Shown here: positions 55,601 through 64,000 of the stretch, one piece after another
Layout: each line of letters starts with the position of its first letter
How positions within the stretch are numbered: position 1 is the first letter of the stretch
Origin: a virus
Lineage: Duplodnaviria > Caudoviricetes
Strand: one strand, 5' to 3'
IMG/VR virus record: IMGVR_UViG_3300035180_001220
Location: 1 to 64,000 of that record
Length of the DNA: 64,000 bases
The notes under the pieces: generated by a model
Seen by the model: only the letters and a program-made list of their open reading frames with translations
Databases searched by the model: none
Told to the model about the DNA's origin: nothing
Program-made: the position numbers and the translations under genes

Positions 55601-56689
55601 AGCTGCATTAGATTGGTCCTTTACAAGAACTCTATCACCTGCAGTCAAGACGATGTCATCTATAGTTTGAAGACCGCTTAGGACGATAGGTCCAGTTGTT
55701 GCAACTCTAACGGATTTCTGAAGTGAAAGACCAGCAGCAACGTTATCAACGTAAAGCTTAGTAGCAAGGTGAGATGCGATTGTTGGAGGAGAACCAGTGA
55801 CTGGATTGTTAAATGTCCAATTGCCTGTGATCGTTTCATTACCCGCGACACGAGCTAAAACAGTGCCGTCAAGAATTTGATTTTCAGATATAGCGAGAGA
55901 TGCTTGGTACTGAGTAACAGAATCAACTGAAATTCTAGCACTAGAAACAGAACCGCTTATCATTTGAGAAGCATCTATTCCAATAGGAACATTTACTGCA
56001 TGAGTAACTCTACCCTTCACATCTATGTCGAGCTGTGGAACCGAAGAAGCTATTCCATAGGATGCGGCAGTAACACCAGAGTTAGCTAGTGTCAAGGCGA
56101 TAGAAGTGGTTCCAAAACCAGTTGCATCGCCAGAAACGGCTATCTGTTGGTTCTGGGTAATATAAGTAGTGGTATCCAGCGCCCACGAATTTACTCCTAT
56201 CTTCTTCAAAAAGCCAGCTGTATCGCTAATAGCAGCAATAGCCGTAAGATCAGCATCAAGTGGCTGTGCATCAGTTATGTTGTAGCCACCAAGGGTAGTT
56301 GGAGTAGAACCACCTATAACTCTGCCAAGTGAATCGACCTTTACTTTCGTGTAGAATGTACCTTGCACCGGATCAATTGCTGGCGTAAATGCAGCAAGTC
56401 CGGACACTGGGTCAATAGGTGATACTGGAGGAAGGATGTTGCGAATTTCTTCAGGCGTAATGCTGTTCTGGTTAAGCTGTAATGTCCAGTTAGTTGGATT
56501 ATAGATGTTTCCGGTGTCTGCTCCATTATAGGAGTAGACACCATTAAGTGCAGGGTTTGGGTTGCCGATAAGGTTGAAGAGCTCACCCTTAACTGGAACG
56601 TGCGGGGCAGATGGAAAAGCACTGCCACTCGCTACAATCAGAGTGGAAATCTCTGAACCTTCTACCAAATTGATGCCGGAAAATTGCAT
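52631..56689 (-). CDS. long tail fibre with C-terminal S74 chaperone
   Basis: Repeated YTKV.VD..GRV, PTTL.GYGITDA, GDRVLVK.Q; SDPRLKEN...DYSKIVPVLIEAIK. Confidence 0.9.
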   Translation of the reverse strand: MQFSGINLVEGSEISTLIVASGSAFPSAPHVPVKGELFNLIGNPNPALNGVYSYNGADTGNIYNPTNWTLQLNQNSITPEEIRNILPPVSPIDPVSGLAAFTPAIDPVQGTFYTKVKVDSLGRVIGGSTPTTLGGYNITDAQPLDADLTAIAAISDTAGFLKKIGVNSWALDTTTYITQNQQIAVSGDATGFGTTSIALTLANSGVTAASYGIASSVPQLDIDVKGRVTHAVNVPIGIDASQMISGSVSSARISVDSVTQYQASLAISENQILDGTVLARVAGNETITGNWTFNNPVTGSPPTIASHLATKLYVDNVAAGLSLQKSVRVATTGPIVLSGLQTIDDIVLTAGDRVLVKDQSNAAANGIYTAASDAWARATDFDNLDSNNQPVVEIKTGALIYVAVGTSSGNSSWVLTTTGTITVDVTALIFTVFSRPGDFTAGAGLTLTGHTFDIGTASTSRIVVNADNIDLATTGVAAGNYAGITVDTYGRVTAGTSTLAWTSIDGKPTTLNGYGITDAQPLNGNLTSISSVSSTGLLANIGTNSFNTISLAVSGLGISITNPDGVSGNPTITSNATAANVGSTLVARDAAGSFAAGIVTADLIGNASTATSWKNARKINLSGDLLGSTPNIDGTSDVILTATLGNTGVTAGTYTKVTVDAKGRITIGTTISSADIITALGYTPASSSGGSIGGSMVPSATNSYTIGTPSAVWQNVYATTFTGNLTGNASTVTTNANLTGPITSVGNATSVASQTGTGSKFVMDTSPTIAGAILVTPNIGVATGTSFNSITGLAVATPLVPGAATVGTSTLVARQDHVHPSDPATAVTSGPLAQFASTTSAQLAGVISDETGTGQLVFNNGPLLVAPSIGIATGVSFNSITGLSSTVPLMDGTAAVGYDFEVARADHVHPSDTSKLSLSGGVMTGSITIPTGQSITVADTPTLGTQVANKNYVDAVAAGLTWKNTVLVATTTNITRSGTQTIDGIAVTVGTRVLVKNQTTSSENGIYVVSTSAWSRAADMDASTPINEFNGAAVLVTSGTSQSNTGWIVTSTVTTVDTSPVTWAQFSAAVLSAGTGVGISGNTISVLANQSQITTLGTITSGTWSAGFGSSTGTGAVVLSTSPTLVTPNLGTPSAVVLTNATGTANNLTVGNATYFSATQQTNPMFGVTTSMAMSQDGGATRGSVIVRASGTGDSNLAGMTFWNDAYAVKMGIRADGYFGLGGWNRAAWSWYSDPSGNMVAGGNVTAYSDPRLKENFKVIANPISILKQLDGGTFDWKSGIAHTSFKAGKHDYGILADQVEAVMPEIVTDSVQIDGDVYKTVDYSKIVPVLIEAIKALDARVALLENELSKK

Positions 56690-56789
56690 GTCATTAATCT
56701 CCTAAGTCATTATATTTATGAAAACGTGCTACGATTGACATATCTTACTCATCCCCAATAAATATTGGAATTATTCAAAGGATTTTCTC

Positions 56790-57671
56790 GTGATCTCTTT
56801 CAAACAGTTTCTAATGGAGGGCGGCAAAGCAACTGCTAAGTTTGATGTGCAGCGAGCAGAGCAAGCTGATGTAAAGGCAGCTTTAGAATTTGTATCTAAA
56901 GTGCTTGGAATTCCATTTGACACGCTCAAAAATGATCTTCTAGGTTCAACAGAGCTTACTCTTCTAGGTAAAAAGAAAGACAGCGGAGATGTAGACATCG
57001 CTATGTCACTTAAGGATTCTGACGTCAACAAAATAAATGACGAGATGCTTAAGGCAACTGGTGGAGAGGGTGACTACAATGCTGGAACAAAGGTGGGTTC
57101 CTACGCAGTTCCAGTTAACGGAAAGAAGATTCAGGTCGACCTTATGTACGTGAACAATAAGGACTGGGCTAAGTTTGCGTATCACTCTGCAATTGGAAGA
57201 GGTTCAGTCTATCCAGGTTCCGTTCGCAATATCATCATGCTTACGGCTCTTGCACATACACAAGAGCCTGGTAAAGATTTTGTTATGCGTGATGAAGATG
57301 GTAAAGCAATCATCAGAGCATCTAAGTCTGTCAAGCTAGACTCTGGAATGGAACGTCTATTCAAGATGGCTAAAGTCAATGCTAAGACGGGAAAATACAA
57401 CAAGACCATTGAAACTGTAGCTCCTGAAGAAATAGAAGCTCACCTTAAGTCACTTGGTAAGGATGTAAAGTTCTCCAAGGATAAGGATCACACTGATGTT
57501 CCAGATGAAGTGGCAGCATTTATCTTTGGCAAGAGTGTCAAAGCTGCTGATGTTATGACAGCAGAGAATGTTATCAAGCATATCAAGAAGCTTAAGAATT
57601 CTACTGAAATTATAGAAGCTGCACGTAAAGAGCTTGAACGTCTGAAGCTACCTATCCCGAAAGAACTATGA
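56790..57671 (+). CDS. nucleotidyltransferase-like virion protein
   Basis: MISFKQFLMEGG leader; LGS...SGDVDIA...IQVDLM. Confidence 0.7.
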   Translation: MISFKQFLMEGGKATAKFDVQRAEQADVKAALEFVSKVLGIPFDTLKNDLLGSTELTLLGKKKDSGDVDIAMSLKDSDVNKINDEMLKATGGEGDYNAGTKVGSYAVPVNGKKIQVDLMYVNNKDWAKFAYHSAIGRGSVYPGSVRNIIMLTALAHTQEPGKDFVMRDEDGKAIIRASKSVKLDSGMERLFKMAKVNAKTGKYNKTIETVAPEEIEAHLKSLGKDVKFSKDKDHTDVPDEVAAFIFGKSVKAADVMTAENVIKHIKKLKNSTEIIEAARKELERLKLPIPKEL

Positions 57672-57702
57672 AAGTCAAAGAACTATGAAAGTCAAAGAAC
57701 TA
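57665..57702 (+). repeat. 18-nt tandem duplication at a gene junction
   Basis: aactatgaaagtcaaaga twice. Confidence 0.85.
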
Positions 57703-58695
57703 TTTGAAGCAGTGAAGCGAAAGCCAGGTGATACGTATTCTGATGATGAGCTGAAGGCCCAACAGGATGAAAGACTTAAAAGGAAAACCGCGGCCCAAAG
57801 CCAACTTATAAATTTGCTAAAAACAAAATGTAAAAAGAACTTTACTGCCTTGGTAAATGGTACGTCATCAATTCTGTATAGATCAACTAACATGCCAAAT
57901 TATGTGAAGCTTGGTGATTATGTGTTTGCAGATATTACAGGAAGAACTGAACCACGCCGTTCAAAGACTGGTAGTAATCTATTCATGAACTATGCATCAC
58001 AATCTCACGATTGGGCTGGATATCCTAAAAGAGAAATTTCAAATTCAGCTACTCCAGATTATTCTGCTGCTAAACAGTTTGGCGGGGTGTGTTGGCTGAT
58101 TATTCCTTACGATGACGTAGGACCATTTGCCAGATGTAAGGGCGATTTCAATTACATAGATTTAGGTGATGGAACAGAAGGTATGATAGACCGGCTTAGC
58201 ATAATTGATAATGTGATCCTCACAGCCCAAAATGTGCTAAAATCTAAGTCGAAAGAGCTAAGAGCATTAGGGCCTAAAATTTTTAGTCTTGTAGATTCTC
58301 GTATTCTTAAATTTGTTCCAGAACGCCACCGATACTCAATTGAAGAAATAGAGCAGTTATCAGATACCATTGAAAAACTGATATATGAATTTGACGAAAT
58401 AGGTTCACAGACTTATAAAGATGTTCGTAACATTGTTAGCTTGAAAGAAGCGCTAGATTATTTCGAAGATGAATTTAACACACGTTCATTGGACGAGTGG
58501 CTATCAGAACATATTGCCCCTAAAGCGTTAGGAATAAAATTATTCGATTCATATCCTGGGATGAAAATTCCTAAAAATTCTGAAGTCTGGTTTGAAGGTA
58601 GCTATGTTGCAATTGCAGCAGACCCTGGCGGATATGAGGAGACTGATAAACTTGTATCCTCTGAATGGTTTAAGGGGATAGCAAAACAGGTCTAA
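57685..58695 (+). CDS. hypothetical virion protein with MKVKELFEA leader
   Basis: 336 aa; ILYR...PKRE.S.SAT...A..FG...EVWF. Confidence 0.7.
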   Translation: MKVKELFEAVKRKPGDTYSDDELKAQQDERLKRKTAAQSQLINLLKTKCKKNFTALVNGTSSILYRSTNMPNYVKLGDYVFADITGRTEPRRSKTGSNLFMNYASQSHDWAGYPKREISNSATPDYSAAKQFGGVCWLIIPYDDVGPFARCKGDFNYIDLGDGTEGMIDRLSIIDNVILTAQNVLKSKSKELRALGPKIFSLVDSRILKFVPERHRYSIEEIEQLSDTIEKLIYEFDEIGSQTYKDVRNIVSLKEALDYFEDEFNTRSLDEWLSEHIAPKALGIKLFDSYPGMKIPKNSEVWFEGSYVAIAADPGGYEETDKLVSSEWFKGIAKQV

Positions 58696-58752
58696 GATTT
58701 CTTGTTATTGAAGCCGTGATAAAATATACATTACAGCTTACAAGGAGCCTAC

Positions 58753-59502
58753 ATGACATTAACAACATCAGACATTCGCGACCTGTTTAAGGCTCGCTTA
58801 GCAGCAAAGCAATTCACGTCAATCAACCGTGAAGCTTCAATGACCAACCTGGTTGGCAACACAACCATTGAAATTGTGGGCGCATCTTTTATTGCTGATG
58901 AAGATGCTATCTTCGGCGAAGTCAATTGGGATTACGTTGAACGCGAAGAAGCTTGGTATAACTCTTTATCCTGTAATGTAAATGATTTTCCTGGCGGTGC
59001 CCCCGCCATCTGGAAAGCGGTTGCAGATAAGGACGGCTTTATTAACAGCAATTATGGTGCTATTCTTTTTTCTGATTGGAACGGTAATCAATATGAAAAC
59101 TGTGTAGCAGAACTAAAGTCTAATCCTGGCTCGCGAAGAGCTACGGCGATTTACAATCGACCGTCAATGTGGAAAGATTACAATCTAAATGGGCGTAGTG
59201 ATTTTCTATGCACTAATGCCGTCGGCTATCTTATTAGACAAGATGAGCTTCACGCAGTTGTTCAAATGCGCAGTAATGATGCCTGGGCCGGGTATCGAAA
59301 TGATAGAGCATGGCAGCAGCATATTTTAGAAAAGATGGCCGCAGAACTCTCTGTTGAGCCTGGTAATCTTTATTGGAATGTAACCTCACTCCATGTTTAT
59401 GCACGGAATTATTATCTTGTAGATCACTATTCTAAAACTGGTAAATACCATATTTCTAAAGAAAAATACAAAGAACTTTATCCAGAGTCTGAATATATCT
59501 AA
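58753..59502 (+). CDS. dCMP hydroxymethylase (T4 gp42-like thymidylate synthase family)
   Basis: INSNYG, SRRA...Y.RP, DFLCTN.V.YLIR, MRSND...GYRND, SLHVY. Confidence 0.85.
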   Translation: MTLTTSDIRDLFKARLAAKQFTSINREASMTNLVGNTTIEIVGASFIADEDAIFGEVNWDYVEREEAWYNSLSCNVNDFPGGAPAIWKAVADKDGFINSNYGAILFSDWNGNQYENCVAELKSNPGSRRATAIYNRPSMWKDYNLNGRSDFLCTNAVGYLIRQDELHAVVQMRSNDAWAGYRNDRAWQQHILEKMAAELSVEPGNLYWNVTSLHVYARNYYLVDHYSKTGKYHISKEKYKELYPESEYI

Positions 59503-59816
59503 TCACGTTTTCGCAGGTACTCGAGAAGAGTAGATTGAGACGAGTATTACCGTCTCAATCTACTGATGAAGACTGCGTAGTTTATTGGATACATGATAGC
59601 ACGTGTGTTCGTTCAATAACTGATGAGTATGTTGTCGTAACTACGGTAAAGCGTTATTGAGCACATAAGCTAGAACATCTTAGGTCTGGTAGATTTCCAA
59701 AAGAGGCAGTCATGGATATTATTCGTGACGGTAATATTGCAAGATGTTACCTTTATAGGGATCATCGTGATTGTTTAGCATCCGTTGGCATATTTAAACC
59801 TAAAAAAGAGAAAATA

Positions 59817-60014
59817 ATGGAACAAGTCTTCCTATCCCGTCGCAACCTTCTTTTGCTTCTTGATAAGCTTGACAAGAAGAAGCCCGGCGATCCTATTATT
59901 GCTGCATCTATTATCAAACATGACGGGCAAGGTGAGGATTTCAATCAAACAATTCCAATCATCTGCGTAACAGCAGTCGAAGATGAAATTTATTATGGAG
60001 CAAATCATGTCTGA
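59817..60014 (+). CDS. small protein, paralog A
   Basis: QVFLSRRNLLLLLDKLD. Confidence 0.65.
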   Translation: MEQVFLSRRNLLLLLDKLDKKKPGDPIIAASIIKHDGQGEDFNQTIPIICVTAVEDEIYYGANHV

Positions 60015-60243
60015 TGTTGAACATGTCTTCCTATCTCGCCGTAATCTGTTGACCCTGCTTAACAAGCTAGACCGCAAAGCTACAGGTGATAATTCTACGC
60101 TTTGCACTATCATTAAGAATGATGATGCCCACACCAAGTATCCCCAATCTTGCCCAACAATAGTGGTTACTGCTATTGATGATGACGAGTATTACGACAC
60201 TCGCGAAGCAGGCAAAGTTCACCCCCTGGATACACCAAAATGA
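60007..60243 (+). CDS. small protein, paralog B
   Basis: HVFLSRRNLLTLLNKLD. Confidence 0.7.
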   Translation: MSDVEHVFLSRRNLLTLLNKLDRKATGDNSTLCTIIKNDDAHTKYPQSCPTIVVTAIDDDEYYDTREAGKVHPLDTPK

Positions 60244-60839
60244 GATTAAAAGAACTCCGTGAAATGGCAGTCAGGAATCCTATGGAAATGAATTTGACGG
60301 ATTCTCAGCTTGATGAATTTTCTAAACTGTTATCAACTTCAACGGATGTAAAACAAATAAATGAAAATAAGACAGTGAAGATCAAGCACAGTGATGGTAA
60401 AATTTACTATTCTCTTTGGCTTAGTGAGATACTTGTTTCCTTTAGCGTATGTTCTTTCATAACTATTGCTGCTAAGAAATATCTTAGTATTTTATTTTCT
60501 CATACACTAAAGGAATTTCAGCGAAAAGGTTATTCCCAAGAACTTATTTGGGAATTACATCTAATCATTGAAGAACCAATTTACATCGGCGGATCATTTA
60601 CAACTGCAGGTGAAGGTTCTACAGTCAAACTAGCAAATTATCTTGAAAAGATTAGAAGTATAAAACTAAAGATGATCGATAATAAATCGGGCGAAATTTT
60701 GGATTATGATAATGGCCTATTAATGAAAAAACCAAAAATTGGGCTATTAATAGAAAGTGCTGGAATGTTTGAAGCATTTACTGATGCTGGCCTTGTAAAA
60801 TTTTGGTTGAATGACAATATAGATTTTAGTGAGACATAG
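60240..60839 (+). CDS. GNAT-like protein with MRLKELREMA leader
   Basis: HTLKEFQRKGYSQELI. Confidence 0.6.
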   Translation: MRLKELREMAVRNPMEMNLTDSQLDEFSKLLSTSTDVKQINENKTVKIKHSDGKIYYSLWLSEILVSFSVCSFITIAAKKYLSILFSHTLKEFQRKGYSQELIWELHLIIEEPIYIGGSFTTAGEGSTVKLANYLEKIRSIKLKMIDNKSGEILDYDNGLLMKKPKIGLLIESAGMFEAFTDAGLVKFWLNDNIDFSET

Positions 60840-61306
60840 AATGCAAGTTAAAGATCCGCGTAAAGCGCACTTACACATCTCTCTCGTAAAGAGTGTCTTT
60901 CGTGTTTTAGCAGGTGCTGTTATAATGAGCCAGATGTTTTATACTGGTGGTTTGCTTATCATCATTGCTGAAGTTCTTGGCGTCTTGGAAGAGATTGTGT
61001 GACCTGTGAATGTCAAGTCTGTAAAGATATTGCCCCGCAGGAAACGTATTATAATTAATGGAAATGAGGAACAACGCCTCCAAGTTTTCAGCGAGCCGTT
61101 TGACCGCATTGAAGATGCTGAGACAGATGTAACATACTATAAAGCTATTTTGCATGGCTAAATGGTAAAGCAATCTTAGAACACTGGCTGAAGCTGTTGA
61201 TCTGCACAAACACATCCAAAGTAAAAATTGCTCGGGATAGTGACAGAAAATGCAAGTGGTAGCCAAAGTCTGATGACTTTCAAATTTACAAAGTGGTACT
61301 TATTAA

Positions 61307-63049
61307 ATGAAATACGAAAAACAAGTTGCTAATGCCTTTGAGCGGTTAGGATTCGTTCCCCGTGCAGGGCAGATGGATGCCGTTAACCAGGTCTTGGTTG
61401 CATTTGTGGATGAGAACATGCAGAATGTTGTCTTGAATGCTTCTACTGGAACCGGTAAGTCTATCATCGGCGCTGCTGTTGCTGAGGCATTGATTGAGAT
61501 TCGTGGTGGGTTGGATTCTGCTACTAAGGCTAGTATCTCATTGACGGCCACAAACGTCCTCGCAAAACAGTATTCCACTACCTTTGAAAAGCTGGGTGGT
61601 AATGGCAAGTACATACAGATTAAGGGAGCAGGCAATTACGGTTGTTCTGCTTTATCTACTGGTGATGAAGAAGAAAATGCAGAAGCTTGCGCATGGTATA
61701 CGATGGTACAATCTGGTTCTGAGTTTGAAGAAGTAATTAACCAGCATTGCAATAAGTGTGAGTACCTGAAAGTTAAGAAGCTAAAGAACACTACTCGACA
61801 TCTTACAACCAACTACTCCTATTTCTTTATTGATCGGATGTACACTGGTAAGTTTGAAGACCGCGATCTACTTATCTGGGATGAAGCTCACCTTGTTAAT
61901 GATCTCTTCTCTGAACATAATGCAATTCACTTCTCACAGAAGCGAGTACAACAAATGGCTCAGGAAATTGCTGATACAGTTCGCCTAACTGATTTGGAAA
62001 TCTCTAAAATTCTGACTTCAGTGGCTGCAGACTGTAGCAAGAAGGATAAGATTAACCAAAGCAACTATGAAGCTTACCTTCGTGCCATGCATAAAGTTTA
62101 TTCTTATGCTAAGGAACAGGGAACCATTGCTGCTGAAAAAGCATTACGCTCAAATCAAAATGGGCAGTACTCCAAGCTGACACGCTTCACGAAGAAGTAT
62201 GAAGGACTTGCTTGTAAGATTGATGACCTCTTCAACTATAACTACGAGCATGTGTTCGAGTATAAGGAAGAAGATAACTCAGTTACGGTGAAGCCTGTAT
62301 TTGTTGGTTCAATGACAGAAGCTTTGCAGTGCAGTCCGCATAATCTCTTTATGTCAGCTACTGTAACCGATCAGTTCATGATTAAGACTTTGCACTTGGA
62401 TGTTGCGAAGACAAAGTTCATTAAGCTTGAGCCTACATTCCCTAAAGAGAATAAGGAAGTTGTGTTCTTTGATCCGCTATCTTTGAGTTACACCTCTCTT
62501 CAGAATCCCGACACAGTGAAAGCACTTCGAAAGAATGTAGCACGGGTAGTTAGAAAGCACATCGACGATAATGAACGTGGTATCATTCTTACGCCATCAT
62601 TTAAGCTACAAGCCGAATTGGTTGCAGAAATTACTCCTCTTGCTAGAGCAGGCAGGATGAAATTGTTCGAGCATGTACAGGGCACTAAGCTTGAAGCTAC
62701 TCTAACAGCATTCAAAGAATATAAGGGAGAACTCCCTGCTATTCTTGTATCACCTTCTATGTTTGAAGGTATTGACTTACCTGGAGACCTATCACGGTTT
62801 CAGATTTTAGTTAAGGCTCCATTCCCATCTCTGGGTGATAAGAGAATGAAGTTCATTCTAGACCACCACAAAGACATTTACGAGATAATTACGATCATGA
62901 AATGCGTGCAAGGCGCTGGCCGAAGTGTAAGATCGATAGATGATCACGCAGTTACATATATCCTAGATTTAAATGGGCAAAGAATTTGGGGATCACCAGC
63001 AAACATATGGAAAAACGAATTCAATACCCGATATACTAAATTCTTATGA
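61307..63049 (+). CDS. DinG/XPD-family SF2 helicase
   Basis: R.GQ, ASTGTGKS, DEAH, SAT, EGIDLPG, QGAGRSVR..DD. Confidence 0.9.
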   Translation: MKYEKQVANAFERLGFVPRAGQMDAVNQVLVAFVDENMQNVVLNASTGTGKSIIGAAVAEALIEIRGGLDSATKASISLTATNVLAKQYSTTFEKLGGNGKYIQIKGAGNYGCSALSTGDEEENAEACAWYTMVQSGSEFEEVINQHCNKCEYLKVKKLKNTTRHLTTNYSYFFIDRMYTGKFEDRDLLIWDEAHLVNDLFSEHNAIHFSQKRVQQMAQEIADTVRLTDLEISKILTSVAADCSKKDKINQSNYEAYLRAMHKVYSYAKEQGTIAAEKALRSNQNGQYSKLTRFTKKYEGLACKIDDLFNYNYEHVFEYKEEDNSVTVKPVFVGSMTEALQCSPHNLFMSATVTDQFMIKTLHLDVAKTKFIKLEPTFPKENKEVVFFDPLSLSYTSLQNPDTVKALRKNVARVVRKHIDDNERGIILTPSFKLQAELVAEITPLARAGRMKLFEHVQGTKLEATLTAFKEYKGELPAILVSPSMFEGIDLPGDLSRFQILVKAPFPSLGDKRMKFILDHHKDIYEIITIMKCVQGAGRSVRSIDDHAVTYILDLNGQRIWGSPANIWKNEFNTRYTKFL

Positions 63050-63282
63050 ACATCGAACAACTAAAAGAATATTTTGCAGAACAAATCAGCCGTGGTATCA
63101 CTAATCTATTCTTCATGACACAGGAAGTTCATCCTGCTAATAAAGATGAATGGTGCGTGAGGGTTATCCCAGCGGCTGAGCTCGCAGAACTGGTTCCACA
63201 TCTGCAGGATTATACATACTACCGTAATACGAATCACTGCCCACATTTTTACAAGTGTCAAGTCAGGTTGAGCTTTACATAG
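63046..63282 (+). CDS. hypothetical protein
   Basis: Coupled to the helicase stop. Confidence 0.5.
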   Translation: MNIEQLKEYFAEQISRGITNLFFMTQEVHPANKDEWCVRVIPAAELAELVPHLQDYTYYRNTNHCPHFYKCQVRLSFT

Positions 63283-63330
63283 GCAAGTTGCGTGTTATAA
63301 TAAATTTTATCTTATTTTAAAGGAGACGTA

Positions 63331-63645
63331 ATGTCCAAAAAGTTGAAGTATAAAGAAGACAAGTGTATCTATCGTTTGAACCTCACTCATACTGAAGTTG
63401 AACTAATTGCGGCCTTAGTGCAGCAGGTTCGTCTTGGCAGTGGTGACATCTATAAAGAAGTTGCATTTAATCTGTGCGAGTTATTTGGTAGCACAGAAGA
63501 CTTTAATTGTTCTGTTTTGGATTCACACATCACTGTTGGATCTTCCATTGATAAGGGAGGGTATACGACTATTGAAGTCGAGGAAGCTGCATTCCAAGGT
63601 ATGGGATGCCAAGGTTGCTGCTCAGGATGCAGTTGTGGCGATTGA
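63331..63645 (+). CDS. hypothetical protein with Cys-rich tail
   Basis: SD aaggag; ends CQGCCSGCSC. Confidence 0.6.
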   Translation: MSKKLKYKEDKCIYRLNLTHTEVELIAALVQQVRLGSGDIYKEVAFNLCELFGSTEDFNCSVLDSHITVGSSIDKGGYTTIEVEEAAFQGMGCQGCCSGCSCGD

Positions 63646-63699
63646 TAGTTATCATAACCTTCTATAAATTGACCCATCTAAAATAGATAGAGTAAAAGT

Positions 63700-64000
63700 A
63701 TGACAATAAATGCTATCCTCGTGGAGGGTTTGGACAGATTGGGCAAGAGTACATTAGTAGAAAGTATTCAACAAGAGCTCGGATATTTCCAAGTCATTCA
63801 TTTTGGGAAGCCACAACACTTGAAGTTCTATGAGCAAAAAGACAACAATGGATTTGTTTCGACTGGGGAGAGCGCGTATCTTTACCAGCACGCCTCATTC
63901 GACAACATGTTCAGAATCCTTAATTCAACAGCAAGAGTTATCTTTGATCGAGCACATCTCGGAGAATGCGTCTACTCACCAATTTATCGCAACTATTCTG
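63700..64000 (+). CDS. thymidylate-kinase-like dNMP kinase (truncated by the window edge)
   Basis: LVEGLDRLGKST Walker A; FDRAHLGE.VYS..YR. Confidence 0.82.
   Translation, partial: MTINAILVEGLDRLGKSTLVESIQQELGYFQVIHFGKPQHLKFYEQKDNNGFVSTGESAYLYQHASFDNMFRILNSTARVIFDRAHLGECVYSPIYRNYS

Overview
This window comes from a large (jumbo/T4-like) lytic phage genome. Evidence: T4-type late promoters (TATAAATA), many sigma70-like TTTAC-N17-TATAAT promoters, tail fibres with S74 chaperones, PAAR, a T4 gp42-like dCMP hydroxymethylase, DinG helicase, DHFR and Hsp20. Several host-like genes point to a proteobacterial, probably betaproteobacterial, host (inference). About 45-50 tRNA or tRNA-like genes lie mostly in two arrays (3.35-9.7 kb and 32.25-35.9 kb) that carry largely non-overlapping amino-acid sets. 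The main finding is that each array is preceded by a short leader ORF whose 3' end overlaps an antiterminator that excludes an intrinsic terminator, and each leader is built almost entirely from codons read by the tRNAs of its own array. This looks like a tRNA-pool-sensing attenuator system. It sits among other RNA features: a Ro60/TROVE gene; six candidate Y-RNA-like modules, two of them circularly permuted into tRNA bodies; two tRNAs with a related 32-34 nt hairpin insertion in the anticodon; and several unexplained structured RNAs. All RNA structures and coordinates were read by eye, may be off by a few nt, and were not checked with any tool or database.
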